From positions 249,550,001 to 249,614,000 of the forward strand of contig OZ024743.1 in the NCBI GenBank assembly GCA_964016885.1: a stretch of 64,000 bases of DNA, written 5' to 3'. Of the stretch, positions 13,061 to 26,295 are shown in pieces. How positions within the stretch are numbered: the first letter of the stretch is position 1; every line of letters starts with the position of its first letter. This DNA comes from Eledone cirrhosa. Lineage: Eukaryota. The notes under the pieces were generated by a model, which was not told the DNA's origin, ran no database searches, and saw only the letters and a list, made by a program, of their open reading frames with translations. Position numbers and translations under genes: made by a program.

Positions 13061-13559
13061 CTGAGCATAAAAAACTGAAACTGATCCCTAAAGTCATAAA
13101 AAAGTGATGATGATGATGATAATGATAATGATGATGACATTTTTAATCTAATGATAATGGTTTCTGGCTTAGGCACAAGGCCGGCAATTGTGTGAGGCAG
13201 GAAAGCCAATTATATTAACATCAGTATTTGACTGCTACTTTAATTTATCAACCTCAAAGGGCTACAGGACAAAATGGAACTCAGTGGATGTTTTACATCA
13301 GGGGCATGAAACAGGCAGCCTGCAGGCCACAATCTGGCCTCCCAGACCAGTTAGAGTGGCCTGCGATGACTGTTATTAATTTTTACCTTGTAGGCTTATT
13401 TAGAATTTTTTCGTAACTATAATACAATTTTCTGTTAGTTGACCTATACTAAAGGGCTTCACTAATAGGGTTATGTGTGCTATAAGTTCCCAGTTCCATT
13501 TTATGGAAAGAAGTTGTGGTGAATCTTTGAAATAGTGCTTAAATATTAATGGCCCTAAT

Positions 13560-14770
13560 TGTTGGTAGTGGTGATGGTGTTGTTGTTGTTGGTGTTGGTG
13601 GTTGTGATGGTGTTGTTGGTAGTGGTGATGGTGTTGTTGTTGTTGGTGGTGGTGATGGTGTTGTTGTTGTTGGTGGTGATGGTATTGTTGGTGTTGTTGT
13701 TGGTTATGGTGTTGTTGGTCATGTTCGTGATGGTGTTGTTGGTGGTGGTAATGGTGTTGTTGTTGTTGGTGTTGTTGTTGTTGGTTGTCATTGTGATGGT
13801 GTTGTTGGTCATGTTGGTGTTAGTGGTGGTGACGGTGTTGTTGTTGTTGGTGTTGTTGTTGATGGTGGTTGTGATGGTGTTGTAGGTCATGTTGGTGTTG
13901 GTGGTGGTGATGGTGTTGTTGGTAGTGGTGATGGTGTGGTTGGTGTTGTTGTTGTTGGTGGTGATGGTATTGTTGGTGTTGTTTTTGGTTATGGTGTTGT
14001 TGGTCATGTTGGTGTTGGTGATGGTGTTGTTGGTGGTGGTAATGGTGTTGTTGTTGTTGGTTGTCATTGTGATGGTGTTGTTGGTCATGTTGGTGTTAGT
14101 GGTGGTGATGGTGTTGTTGTTGTTGGTGGTTGTGATGGTGTTGTAGGTCATGTTGGTGTTGGTGGTGGTGATGGTGTTGTTGGTAGTGGTGATGGTGTTG
14201 TAGGTCATGTTGGTGTTGGTGGTGGTTGTGATGGTGTTGTTGTTGGTAGTGGTGATGGTGTTGTTGGTCATGTTGGTGTTGGTGATGGTGTTGTTGGTGA
14301 TGGTGTTGTTGGTCATGTTGGTGTTGTTGGTGGTGGTGATGGTGTTGTTGGTGATGGTGTTATAGGTCATGTTGGTGTTGGTGGTGGTTGTGATGGTGTT
14401 GTTGTTGGTAGTGGTGATGGTGTTGTTGGTCATGTTGGTGTTGGTGATGGTGTTGGTCATGTTGGTGTTGTTGGTTGTGATGGTGTTGTTGTTGGTAGTG
14501 GTGTTGGTGTTGTTGGTGTTGTTGGTGATGGTGTTGTTGTTGGTAGTGGTGATGGTGTTGTTGGTGATGGTGTTTTAGGTCATGTTGGTGTTGTTGGTGG
14601 TTGTGATGGTGTTGTTGTTGGTAGTGGTGATGGTGTTGTTGGTCATGTTGGTGTTGGTGGTGGTGATGGTGTTGTTGTTGGTAGTGGTGATGGTGTTGTA
14701 GGTCATGTTGGTGTTGTTGGTGGTTGTGATGGTGTTGTTGTTGGTAGTGGTGATGGTGTTGTTGGTGTTG
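13560..14770. repeat. Cryptic (GGT/GTT/GAT)n triplet repeat
   Basis: G/T-dominated triplet mosaic inside an SLC22 intron. It produces spurious long ORFs on both strands. Confidence 0.9.
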
Positions 14771-14881
14771 CTCAGAAAGTAAGAAATCAAGAAAGGAAGG
14801 GAAGAATGAAGGAAGAAAGAAATATGCAAATTACAAAATAAAACTGATGTTATAAAAAATAAAAAAGAGAAAAAAACTTAT

Positions 14882-15050
14882 GGCCACAAGAAGTAGATAG
14901 AAATGAAAGGTAAACACACAGCATATTCCAAGTGCTCCCACTGATGGATCATATAAGCCAAACCTACCAAACACAGGGCACCAAATACGAAAAACAAATG
15001 GTAAGTGAAGGTAATGAATGTTCGGTATTTCGCTTGTGAAAATTCAATCA
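14882..15050 (-). pseudogene. SLC22-like exon 4 (169 nt) with mutated donor
   Basis: ttgcag acceptor, LIEFSQAKYRTFITFTYHLFFVFGALCLVGLAYMIHQWEHLEYAVCLPFISIYFLWP, followed by ATAAGT where GTAAGT is expected. Confidence 0.88.
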
Positions 15051-15134
15051 CTGCAAGGTAAAAGAAAAACCACCATCATCATCATCACCACTTTACATCT
15101 ATTTTCCATGTTTGTATATGTTAGACATTTTATT

Positions 15135-15730
15135 GTGTCACCACTACTATCACCTGACAGGGTGCATTTTATCATGGCACCTGTACTACCACTTTATAAA
15201 GTGGGCTTGGTACATTTTATCATGGCACCAGTACTACTACTTTACAGAGTGGGCTGGGTACATTTTATCATGGCACCAGTACTACCACTTTATAAAGTGG
15301 GCTTGGTACATTTTATCATGACACCAGTACTACTACTTTACAGAGTGAGCTGGGTACATTCTATTGTCATACCAGCACTACCACTTTATAAAATGTGTTT
15401 GGTACACTAGTAGTACCACTTTACTGGGAGGGATGGGTGCATTTTATCATGGCACCAGCACTATCACTTTACAGAGTGGGCTGGGTGCATTCTATTATGG
15501 CACCAGCACTACCACTTTACAGAGTGGGCTGGATGCATTGTATTGTGGCACCAGCACTACCACTTTACAGAGTGAGCTGGGTGCATTTTATCATGGCAGC
15601 AGCACTACCATTTTACAGAGTGGGCTGGATGCATGTTATCATGGCACCAGCACTACCATTTTACAGAGTGGGCTTGGTATATTTTATCGTGGCACTAGTA
15701 GTAACAATTTACTGAGTGGGCTGGGGGCAT
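15135..15730. repeat. 48-bp minisatellite, about 12 diverged copies
   Basis: Unit CATTTTATCATGGCACCAGTACTACCACTTTACAGAGTGGGCTGGGTA. It resembles the retroposon segment at ~16375-16421. Confidence 0.85.
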
Positions 15731-16429
15731 AGAATAATATTCAGATTCTTCATATATATGTTGTAGTTTAGTATCCTTAATGCATATCAACTGTTACCAT
15801 CTTAGATTGTGCCTTATTTACAAAAGATCTCATTCTTTGTCTTAATTAATTTTTTCCTAATTCAGGAAAAATAACTCTTGGCAGCTTATAATTAAGTTAT
15901 TTTGTTCTTCCTAATTCAGGGACAATAGATCTTTCTAATATTATATTTATTCAGGTATAATAAGGTGTGCATTATTTGTGTGTATGCAATTATACGTATC
16001 TTGGTGTGTAGTTATCTAAGGTGGTTGTAGGTTTATGATATTATAGTGATATTGGTTATTAAGCTTATTGTTATTATATAGAGCTTGTTTGAGATACATA
16101 GTATATGCATAGCCTGGTATAGAGGAAAGTATAGACCTGACTACAACTCCATGCGGTGTGTATATGTACACGCCCTTGAAAAGGCTTGCTTAATACAAGC
16201 CGAAACTGCATGGAGTTGTGGTCGGGTTTATAAATTTCTCTCTCTCTCTCTGTATATATATATATATAAAAGATATATCATCATCATCATTTTACGTCCG
16301 CTTTTCCCTGCTTGCAAGGGTGGGATGGGAACTGATTCTGGCTTGATTTCTACAGCTGGATGCCCTTCCTAACACCAACCTCATTTACAGTGAGTGCTGG
16401 GTGCTTTTTATCCGTGGCACCTCCACGTC

Positions 16430-16612
16430 CACTTCACAGTGGAATGATAGGGACCCCAGTCCTATCATCTCATTTCTACAGCTGAGTAAACTGGAGCAAT
16501 GTAAAAAAAAGGGTCTTCCTCAAGGAAACAACACATCACCCAGTCTGAGAATTGAACTCACAACCTTTAGATTGCAAGGCCAATGCTCTAACCACTAAGC
16601 CATGTGTCTCCA
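16430..16612 (-). mobile_element. tRNA-derived SINE family 2
   Basis: TGGCTTAGTGG A box and GAGTTCAATTC B box, then GTTGTTTCCTTGAGGAAGAC. A related decayed copy lies at ~36790-36880 (+). Confidence 0.7.
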
Positions 16613-16621
16613 TTGTATATA

Positions 16622-17373
16622 CAGGGTGTGGACGATATTTGTTCTCAATTTTCAACTGCTAATTTTATGCAAATTTTTTAACTTCCAATGTCATTCTTGT
16701 CTTCATAAAAACAGTGACTATATTTCCATTATATATTTTCAGAATAATTGATTATGAATAATTTTGAACCTCCAAATTTGTGGAAGAGACACGGAGTTCT
16801 TCTTGGAATCCGCGCCGGGAGGACAAATAAGGAAATTTCAGACTTTCTCAGCATCAGCTGGTGGAAAAGGTCAGAAAGGAATTGGAAGATTCAGGATTCG
16901 ACTACGAAGCAACATCAGAGAGGAAACCACATGATCGACGATCTGACGCCTTCAGAACGCCCAAGTTCGTCGCTGAAGTTCAGGTTATCATCAACAATGA
17001 ACCTAGCAAGTCGATGCGTGCCATTGCAAGGGAAAAAGGCGTGGATGAAAAGCTCATTAGGCTGGTGGTACATGAAGACATTCGCTACGTTTCATACAAG
17101 ATGAGGAAAGGACAATTTCTGTCAAAGGCGATGCAAGAAAAGCGACTGAAGCACGCAAAGAAGCTGATCAACAAGTTGAAACACCCACTGGAGCCAGATA
17201 TGCTGTGGTTTTTCTCCGATGAGAAAAACTTCTGCCAAGACCAGAAGATCAACTCTCAGAACAACAGGTGGCTCGCTGTCTCATCCAAAGATGTGCCCAG
17301 AGTCATGCAGACAAAATAAAACTACTGTGTTATTTTTTCATAGACAGTAATCTTGCGAACAAATATCGTCTGC

Positions 17374-17379
<6 letters not shown>
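16622..17379 (+). mobile_element. Internally deleted Tc1/mariner (maT/DD37D-like) transposon
   Basis: Imperfect ~23-bp TIRs CAGGGTGTGGACGATATTTGTTC / GAACAAATATCGTCTGCACCCT flanked by TA. The transposase fragment has an HTH (SMRAIARE) and WFFSDEKNF..N.QNNR, and is truncated after the first catalytic D. Confidence 0.88.
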
Positions 17380-17420
<41 letters not shown>

Positions 17421-17422
<2 letters not shown>

Positions 17423-18100
17423 TAGCTGTCTCCCGGCCTTCACCCTGGTCTGTACTGTGTTCAAATCTATTTATAAGTTACCTATTGTCATCTGTCATAA
17501 TGTCTATTTTCCTTATAATAAAAGATGTTCAAAGGTATTTAAATATTTTATAACATAATTTAAAAAATTTATTTACAATATCTAAATACGGAAAGTAATA
17601 AAAAAAATAATAGAAAAATGTGTTTTACGAAAATTATAAAACATTTACAGAACTTCAGTATAAACAATGCTTTTAGCCTGGAATAACCTACATACAATTG
17701 GCCATGTGAGAAACAGCCTTCTTCTAGATGGAGACTGACAAGCTGCAACATTTGACTTCGGAACTTGTTGATAGTCATTGCATGATTGACTCTCACTGGG
17801 AATTGCAATCATTTGAAACAAAAAGGGACATCTTTTAGTATTAGCAGCATTTTAAGCATAAACGTGATGTCTCCCATACCACATCCAGTGAGGATTTTGG
17901 CTTCTCTAATGTGAGGCTGTAGTTCAGTCATGACTATATGTGTCCCATTGTACAATCGTGGCTGATCCAGGTTTCTGAGAAGCATGGTGACTGTGCCCTT
18001 CTTCAATTTAAGGTTGTGTGGCAGCATATCTGACAGTTTCAGATTGTTGAGAAATTGATGGGATAATGAACAGCATTTCCCTTATTGACAACTTTGTTGA
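17421..18100 (-). mobile_element. Helitron 3' fragment (PIF1-like helicase C-terminus)
   Basis: LPHNLKLKKG..MLLRNLDQPRLYNGT, QFPVRV..AMTINK, FSHGQLYV.YSR. It ends in a GC-rich hairpin and CTAG-T. Confidence 0.85.
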
Positions 18101-18809
18101 TCTGTATACATATAAAATTCTTTGTCTCTCTGTCTCTCTGTCTGTCTGTTCCTATGCATTCTCAAACGGCTGGACCAAATTAAATCAAATTTTACTAGGT
18201 AATAGTATTAGCCCCCGGGGGTGTCAACATGTAATTTTTATTTTCATTTTGGATTAAAAAAATATATTTTATCTAAAATAACCTATTAATATTGAACTAT
18301 AGTAAACCACCACCACCACCACAATGATGACGAGTCACATTTTGTATATGAGTGTGTATGTGGCTGAGTGTGTTTGCAAGTTCGTTACTACGTAAGTTGC
18401 ATACATATTATCTCCACACACAGACAATTAAACACACACACACACAGCTACACATACAGATACAAATGTGATGACAGACAGGTGTGCGTGAATGTATGTC
18501 TGTGTGTGTCTGTCTTAGTATATGTATGTGAGTGTGTGTGAGTGTATGTGTGAGTGTATGTGTGTGAGCAACAATTTATTCATTTGGACACCAACAAAAA
18601 ATGACAATGAATATTGTTTACCTTAAGGTGCTTTAAGATTGACAGGTTTTCATTTCTAAATTCTATTATCATTACAATTTTGATATTTTTTTTATAAAAT
18701 AGATATTTTGAAATAATTATGAGAAAAAAAAAACATATCTTCATATTTATTGTTTACTAATCTGAATAAGAACAGCAGTAACCCAGGCAACGCTGGCTAA
18801 TTCAGCTAG
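18101..18809 (+). mobile_element. Non-autonomous Helitron
   Basis: 5' TC..TATAAAA with a (CTGT)n tract; 3' CCCAGGCAACGCTGG hairpin followed by CAGCTAG-T. Confidence 0.65.
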
Positions 18810-18994
18810 TATATGTATATATATATATCATTTCATTTTCATCATTTATATATATATGAAGAAACTGAATATCATTCTGTCTGAAAAACAAAGGGCTGGG
18901 CTATGTACTATTAATGTAATAATATTTATAAATGAAACATAATTATTTGTTAATTAGGATAGGTCTTTTTATGTATGCGAGGAGTGTTGTAGGT

Positions 18995-19590
18995 ATCATC
19001 ATCATCATCATCATCAACGTTTAACGTCCGTGTTCCACGCTTGCATGGGTTTGGACGGGGGTAGTCCCACTTGAGGCAAGAGTGATTGTCTTGCTCGCAT
19101 AGGACTGCCTGGCAGGTTTTCTACAGTTGGATGCCCTTCCTAACACCAACCACATTTACAGTGTGGGTCTGGGAGGTTTTTACCGTGTTGCCTACACGGC
19201 CACATTACAGCGTGGACTGTGTGTTTTTTTGTCGTGACACCTACACGATCTCATTTGTTTCGGCCTGGATGGCGTGGCACCGCCATAACTTTACATAGAA
19301 GGGGGTGGTGTGGATGGGGTGGGGGTGGTGGGACGGGGTGTATTTTGTTAGAGATGCCTACTGGCTGTAGTAGGTTTTACTATGTATTTAGGTAAGGCGG
19401 GTCTTCTCTGTTACTGAGTACCGCCAAAGGTCTCGGTCCAGTGACATTGTCTTGGAGAGGTGTAAGTGTGTGAGGTCGGAGTTTATCTGCTCGTCCCAGG
19501 TTTTTCTAGGTCTGCCTATACCGTGGCTACCGTCTATCTTTATTGCCCTGCACTTTGTTATACAGCTATCGACTTTCATGCGCATCACGT
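18995..19590 (-). mobile_element. 5'-truncated copy of the RTE LINE at 29721-33553
   Basis: Same C-terminus (GRPRKTWDE...DRDLWRYSV.EKTRLT), same 3' UTR and a (GAT)n tail. Confidence 0.92.
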
Positions 19591-20357
19591 ATATATGTGA
19601 TATTTTTGTTCCAGGCCTATGGATTTACTGCATAGAATTTATCCTAATAATTTCGTGGTCAGTGGTTTCAATGTTAATAACTTTAATAACTATTTAGTTG
19701 TTACTATTGAAAGGAGCAATGGGTCTGTCATGACAAACGTTTACAATAAGACTAAAGTTTTGAGGTAGCTTAGATGTCCTTTGTCTCCGACTGTATTAAC
19801 AAAATAATGGGTTATATTGTTTTCAAACCAAGTATTAAGGTACAGTAGAATTAGTAGCTGAGTTAAGGTTCTTGTGAAGGAGATTAAAAGATTGTTAATA
19901 CCTATGTTTAGACAAGGTTATGATAAAATAAAATGTTGATATTGCATTTTTGTCATAGCATGGGCATGAGGAGAGAGACTTAAACAAATTTTTAGATTAT
20001 TTTGAGCTAGCAGTTGAGTATTGGATGGCTCGGCATCAGGGTTGATAAAATGTTTTTAAAATAATTGATATTATTTGATTTATTTGTTGTAATTTAGTCA
20101 ATTGTGAGTGTTTGTTATATTTCATTGATTCATTTGTGTCATTATAAATGAGGAGAGGTTTTATGTTTTGCTGAGTTCAGCTAAGAGCATATATCACTAA
20201 TGCTATTTGTGTTGTGGCAAAGATTATTGCTTGCTCAGCATAGCATGGGGAGGGTGAGTGGACATTTGGTTGGAATGCTAGATAGTGGGGTAAGGATGCT
20301 GTCAGGGATGGAAACTGACTTTGGCCACTTTCACGTGAAGGCACATGTGACCATTAT

Positions 20358-21200
20358 GTGGATTGGCAGTATCGGTAGAGGGTCGGACGCCATGCTTTCC
20401 AGCATAGTTACGTCCCTTTACAGTCTGAGTTCAAATCCCGCCGAGGTTGACTTTGCCTTTCATCCTTATGGGGTCGATAAAATAAAAGTACCAGTAATGC
20501 ACTGGGTAATTGCTGGCCTTGTGCCTAAAGTAGAAACAATTATATCATTTAGTTGATAATTCACTAGAATATTCACATTCTGTGGAAATTGGACAATATG
20601 TGTGAGTGGTATTTGTGTAAGATATCTCAGTAATTATTAACTGTTTAGTAAAGAATGTACTGTATCAAGTTTACTTTTTTCTGTTGTATTCAATTACTTC
20701 ACTATATTAATATTATTTTATATCACTGTATCCTTTATTTAGGGCGGTGGATTTGCAGTATCGGTAGAGCGTCGGACACCTTGCTTCGTGGCAAAGAGTT
20801 ACGGCCCTTTACGATCTGGGTTAAAATCCTGCTGAAGTTAGTTTTGCCTTTCATCCTTATGGGGTCGAAAAAATAAAATACCAGTAATGCTCTGGGGTCA
20901 ATTTAATCGACTTTCCCCTCCCCTAAAATTGTTGGCTTTGTGCCTAAATCAGAAACCATTATCATTTTTTCCTTTATTTAGGGCAGTGGAGTTGCAGTAT
21001 CGGTAAAGCACCAAACACCATGCTTTGCAGCATAGAGTTACAACCCTTTAAGGTTTGAGTTCAAATCGTGCTGAGGTTAGTTTTGCTTTTCATCCTTACG
21101 AGGTTGATAAAATAAAGTACCAGTAGTGCACTGGGGTCGATTTCATTGACTTTCCTCTCCCCCCAAATTACTGGCCTTCTGCCTATTGCAGAAATCATCC
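20358..21200 (+). mobile_element. Three copies of SINE family 1 (~20358-20540, ~20741-20960, ~20980-21200)
   Basis: Same A/B boxes and core as 10194-10587. Further copies lie at ~24200-24382 (+) and ~40728-40830 (+), with fragments at ~13158-13280 and ~23827-23905 (-). Confidence 0.85.
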
Positions 21201-21433
21201 TTTTTTTCTTTATTCTATTCATACTCAGTAGTTTTATATTGTTCAATGTTAGATAATAGTTGTATTTACTCAGTGATTTAATTGCTGAGCCTGTAGCTTC
21301 CGGTTTATTTGGTTTGGGGATAGCATGGGGGTAGTTTATATTTCTTTACATTCTAGTGGAGGCATATGCAGCCTAACTTATATATGTTATATGATGATTC
21401 AGATATAATAAATGAATGTTAAATTATACGTAC

Positions 21434-21588
21434 ATAATGTATAAGAACACACGAGGGTGCCAATAACACCAGAAGACTGGAGAAAATAAAAGAAAAGGAA
21501 AAGAGACACTGGCCTCATAAATAGTTTAGTAATGCTAGAAACTAGGAAAACTGTTAAGGCCATGTAGTAAGCTGTTTGTCTACCATAT
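21434..21588 (-). pseudogene. SLC22-like exon 3 (155 nt)
   Basis: Polypyrimidine tract and ccag acceptor, (K)YGRQTAYYMALTVFLVSSITKLFMRPVSLFLFFYFLQSSGVIGTLVCSYTL, GTACG donor. 155 nt, and phases fit exons 2 and 4. Confidence 0.9.
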
Positions 21589-21989
21589 CTGGAAATACAA
21601 AAGAAAATATATTATATATTACACACATTAAAATGATGATGATGATTGCATATATATATATACATATATATATAGTGAAAGAATGAAGAGTAATTCCTAG
21701 GAATTACTGCGAACTCGCTGCCTAACTATGGAAACATCTTGTTGAGTTAAACAATCCACGTTAAAACTATCCACGACGCAGAGTACTCACAACCTGTAAC
21801 TGGATTACCTATAACGATAACTTGTTACCCCATATATATATATATATGTGTATGTATGTATGTATATATATATGTAAAACTTGGGTACACGAAAGATATA
21901 GTGGGATAACATGTAGATTAACAGGAGGAGAGAACTTTGCTTCTTGAAGATGCACAGGAGAAATCAAGAGGAAGACTGCTCATGGTGTA

Positions 21990-22640
21990 AACCTTTTTCA
22001 GTCACAGGAAGGATACATAGATGTGGTTGATAGCTTCTGCTATCTAGGTGACCTAATTAGCAGCAGAGGAGGGTGCACTGAAATAATAATAGCTAGAATA
22101 AGGATAGGATAGAAGAAGTTTAGAGAATTGCGCCCACTGCTGACAACAAAAGGTTTCTCCCTACATACAAAAGGAAGGCTGTATGATGCCTGTGTGTGAT
22201 GCACAATGCTGCAAAGTAGTGAAATATGGGCTGGACTGTAGAAGATATGCATAAACTGGAGAGAAATGAAGCAACCATGTTTCGTTAGATGTGCAATGTG
22301 AATGTGAGAGAAAGGCAGAGGATGGACAAGCTGAGGGAGAAGCTGGGCTTAAAGGGAAACCAAGATAGTGTGCAGGAGAGAAGACTGCATTGGTATGGAC
22401 ATGTGATGCACATCGAAAATGACTGATGCGTGAATAAATGCCAGCAAATCCCAGTGGAGGGAAGCCGCCATAGAGGACGACTGAGAAAGACCTGGGTAAA
22501 GGTTGTGAAAGTGGACCTTAAATCGCTATGACTGGCAGAGGAGATGATGAAGGAATGCAACAAGTGGAGAGATGTCATGCTGAGAAGGACCCGTTCAATC
22601 CATGCAAGCATGGAAAAGTGTACTTAAAAACAATGATGAT
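21990..22640 (+). mobile_element. Old diverged RTE LINE 3' fragment
   Basis: VVDSFCYLGDLISSRGGC...KKFRELRPLLTTKGFSL..KGRLYDACV...RRLHWYGHVM with stops. It ends CCATGCAAGCATGGAAAA...ATGATGAT. Confidence 0.85.
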
Positions 22641-22784
22641 ATATATATGCTGCAAACAATTAGGGTGTTATTCCATCAAGTTATGGTATAATGTTGCAAA
22701 GATAATCTGGTTTAAGCAGTTAAAAAGCACTCCACACCAGTTATAGATATTCAGCATTTATATATATACTTGAAAGCTACACAG

Positions 22785-23016
22785 AGGAGATTGAGGTTAG
22801 CTGGACATGATCACTGACATTCAGAGTTGACACTGCACACAGTGTTCCTGTGGGAGCCCCTACACGGACACACTAGAAGAGGGAGACTGAGGTTGACATA
22901 TGTTGATGCCCTAAGGACAGACACAGGTCTCTTGGAGACGCAGGACATGGTGGCGATAATGAGGGACAGAGACCGCTGGAGAGAACTCGTCCATGGATCT
23001 CAGGAATTTTACCCAT

Positions 23017-23020
<4 letters not shown>
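22785..23020 (+). mobile_element. 3' fragment of another RTE-like LINE
   Basis: RRLRLAGH...LWEPLHGHTRRGRLRLTYVDAL...DRDRWRELV, followed by (TA)n. Confidence 0.7.
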
Positions 23021-23066
<46 letters not shown>

Positions 23067-23969
23067 AATGATGAATCACAACATAACAAATATGTTTAGA
23101 ATTTTGTGTTTCTCAATAAGTAAGCTCAATAGACTTTATCTAGAGCTATAATAACCAAATTAAAAGATATTATATCTTTTAATTTGGTTATATATATATA
23201 TCCTTATCATCATTTAATATAAACTTTTCTTGCTAGTAAGAGTTGACAGGTCTTCACGACTGAGTTAGTACTCAAGCGGGTCTACTGGTATTGCAAACTG
23301 ACCAGAGGTCCACATGTTGCTTACATATGGTCCAACACTCTATCAAGTACATTTTATTGTAACACCAACACAAGGGTGGTTGTCACGTCTTTGAGACAAC
23401 TGAAGGATCCTTCCAATTCTTGTTTTGCAAGCTTTCTATGGTTAGATACTTTTCCTATTGCCAACCAGCATATATTGGGTGCATCTATTATATAGATCAC
23501 CAGCACTAAAGAGGTTGTCACACTGGTGACACAATAGAAGGGTCCTCTCAAGGGCTGGAGGAGTCTTCAGCATTGCCAAATGCACAATAACCTCCCTAGT
23601 GCTAGTGCTATTATAAAATGCAGGAATTATAGAGTGCAGGAATGTATGTAAGCAAGGTGAATATCCCTAGCCTGTATGGGAGGTCAGTAGCTCTGCTTAA
23701 GTACTGACTTGATCTCTGAAAACCCATCCAACACTTGCTAGCAGGGAAGACAGACGTTAAGTGATGATGAATGGAAAAAATATTGCAATGCCTTAACTCC
23801 GGTGCTCTAATGCTCATTTGAAATAATTGTTTCTACTTTTGGCACAAGGCCAGCAGTTTGAAAGGAAGGAGAAATTGTCCCTACGACATTACTGGTACTT
23901 TATTTTCTTTACTGATGCTCTACTGATACTGTAAACTTATTTGAAATAATAAAAATATTAGAATATTAC

Positions 23970-24073
23970 TTGTCTGACAATGTTCCATATAAAAATGATC
24001 CAAAAAGATAACCAGCATAGTAGACAGATTGGCTACCAGCTCGTAGCCATTTTCTCTCACAGACCAAATCGAA
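23970..24073 (-). pseudogene. SLC22-like exon 2 (104 nt)
   Basis: ttctag acceptor, FDLVCERKWLRAGSQSVYYAGYLFGSFLYGTLSD+AA, GT donor. 104 nt is the usual size of this SLC22 exon. Confidence 0.92.
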
Positions 24074-24939
24074 CTAGAACAAAATAGAATAGAAATAATC
24101 AAAACAAAAGCCTGATGTATGTTAGAATTCACAATTTTGTAAATTAAATTTATTTTTTAAAGTTATTTCTTTTATTTTTTAATACAAAATTAACTGTTAG
24201 TGGATTGGCAGTATCGGTAGAGGGTCGGACGCCATGCTTTGATGCATAGAGTTACGGCCCTTGCTATTCTGAGTTCAAATCCCGCCGAGGTTAACTTTGC
24301 CTTTCATCCTTACGGGGTCGATAAAATAAAGTACCAGTAATGTACTGGGTAATTTCTGGCCTTGTGCCAATAGTAGAAACAATCTAAACTATAATAAAGC
24401 AAGGCTGTGGGACTGTGTATGGTTTATTTCTTTTAATCCAGTTAGTAAAATAAGTTGGATTACTTTGAATAAATAATGAATGAATATTACATAATTTATG
24501 TGCTAAATTTCGTAAACAATTAATTTCGTAAAAATAAATAATCTAAAATTGACTTCTTTTCAAAGTTGCACTTCCGGTATATCGTCGCCACCACCACCAC
24601 TTCAACTACCATATATATATATATAGAAAGAGAGAGTGTGTGATGAGAGAGATAGAGAGATTATGATTTTCTACACACTGATGCGTATGAGTGTGCACAT
24701 ACATACATCTACATGTATGAGTATATAACTATAATCGCGCAAACACAAACTTATAAAAATACACTCTCACAGACATAATTCACACAAATACACATACTTT
24801 CACACAAACATATATACATTTACACAAACACACACATACAGTCATGATAGCGTTCGATTTAATTGGAAATGGGAGGATAAAACAAGTACAACGTTTTATT
24901 TATTTATTAACTCTTTTTTTTTTAACTCATTTAATATAA

Positions 24940-25623
24940 CTAGCAGAAAAACCACCCTTTTGGTGTTTTTCTGCTAGCATGTGTAGTGTGTATATTGATA
25001 TTATATGCAAGTATATATACATGTAGATATGATACATCAAATAAAACCGTAATTGACAATATACACAGAAATTAAACAAATACTATGTTACGATGTCTTC
25101 TGTAATCAGTAACGTAATCCATGATACATTAAAAAAAGACGATATTATATATCTGCTAGCATGTGTAGTGTGTATATTGATATTATACGCAAGTGTATAT
25201 GCATGTAGATATGATCAAATAAAATCGTAATTGACAATATACACAGAAATTGAACGAAGACTGTGTTACACTGTCTTATGTAATCAGTAACGTAATCCAT
25301 GATACATTAAAAAAAGACGATATTATATATAAACTGCATTAGGAGAAAATTAGTGACAGAAATATATGAATATTTATTTAAACGATTGCTAATCGGAAGT
25401 GTTGACATTTGAAAATTTTAAAGAAGTGAATCTTTAAATAAGTAATAAAATATATTTAATGAACAGTCACGAAATTTAGTAGATAAATTATGTAATATTC
25501 ATTCATTTGTACCTAAAGAAGAAACAATTATTTATTCAAAGTAATCCAACTTATTTTACTACGGGGATAAAAAAATTATAAACCGTACGCAGTTCCGCGC
25601 TTCTTACTTTATTATAGTTTAGA
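24940..25623 (-). mobile_element. Non-autonomous Helitron, same family as 41024-41497, with an internal ~180-bp duplication
   Basis: Starts TCTAAACTATAAT and ends in a GCAGAAAA...TTTTCTG hairpin and CTAG. The segment CTGCTAGCATGTGTAGTG... is repeated at ~24971 and ~25153. Confidence 0.8.
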
Positions 25624-25686
25624 TTAAGCACTGTTGTATGCCATATATATAAATGTAATAGCATATAAATTGTCTGATGCAGACAT

Positions 25687-25733
<47 letters not shown>

Positions 25734-25902
25734 CACACATACATACCACACCACACACAATCGTCTTCCGAAGTTAGTGAAGACCTTATTAATCCTCCCC
25801 GGGTGAAGTAACAAATTCTTTGTAATTCATGAAATGCAATAATACATCTAACGGACACACACACACACACAAATATATCTATGATAGATAGACATATATA
25901 TA

Positions 25903-26169
25903 GGCGAAGTCTAGTCCGAAGTGTGCATGCGCTAAGTCTGGTCCAAAGTGCGCATGCGCGAAGGCTGGTCCGAAGTGCACGTGTGCGAAGGCTGCTCCGT
26001 ACTGTGCTTGTGCGAAGGGTGGTCCATACTGCACATGCGCGAAGGCTGCTCCATACTGCGCATGCCCGAAGGCTGGTACTAAGTGCGCATGCGCGAAGGC
26101 TCATCCGAAGTGCGCATGCGCAAATGCTGGTACGTACTGCGCATGCGCGAAGGATGTTGCGTATGTACT

Positions 26170-26175
<6 letters not shown>
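25903..26175. repeat. 27-bp CpG-rich minisatellite, about 10 copies
   Basis: Unit GCGCATGCGCGAAGGCTGGTCCGAAGT. Confidence 0.9.
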
Positions 26176-26221
<46 letters not shown>

Positions 26222-26251
26222 AAATATAGTTTCCATTTATTAATATCGTAT

Positions 26252-26295
<44 letters not shown>

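Noticed and set aside
13549-14841. 430-aa Gly/Val-rich ORF resembling a structural protein
   Set aside because: It is a triplet-repeat tract open in several frames and on both strands, lies in an intron on the opposite strand of the SLC22-like gene, and has no signal peptide or splice support.
10194-24382. tRNA genes suggested by A/B boxes
   Set aside because: The boxes belong to SINE heads followed by SINE cores; no cloverleaf can be formed.
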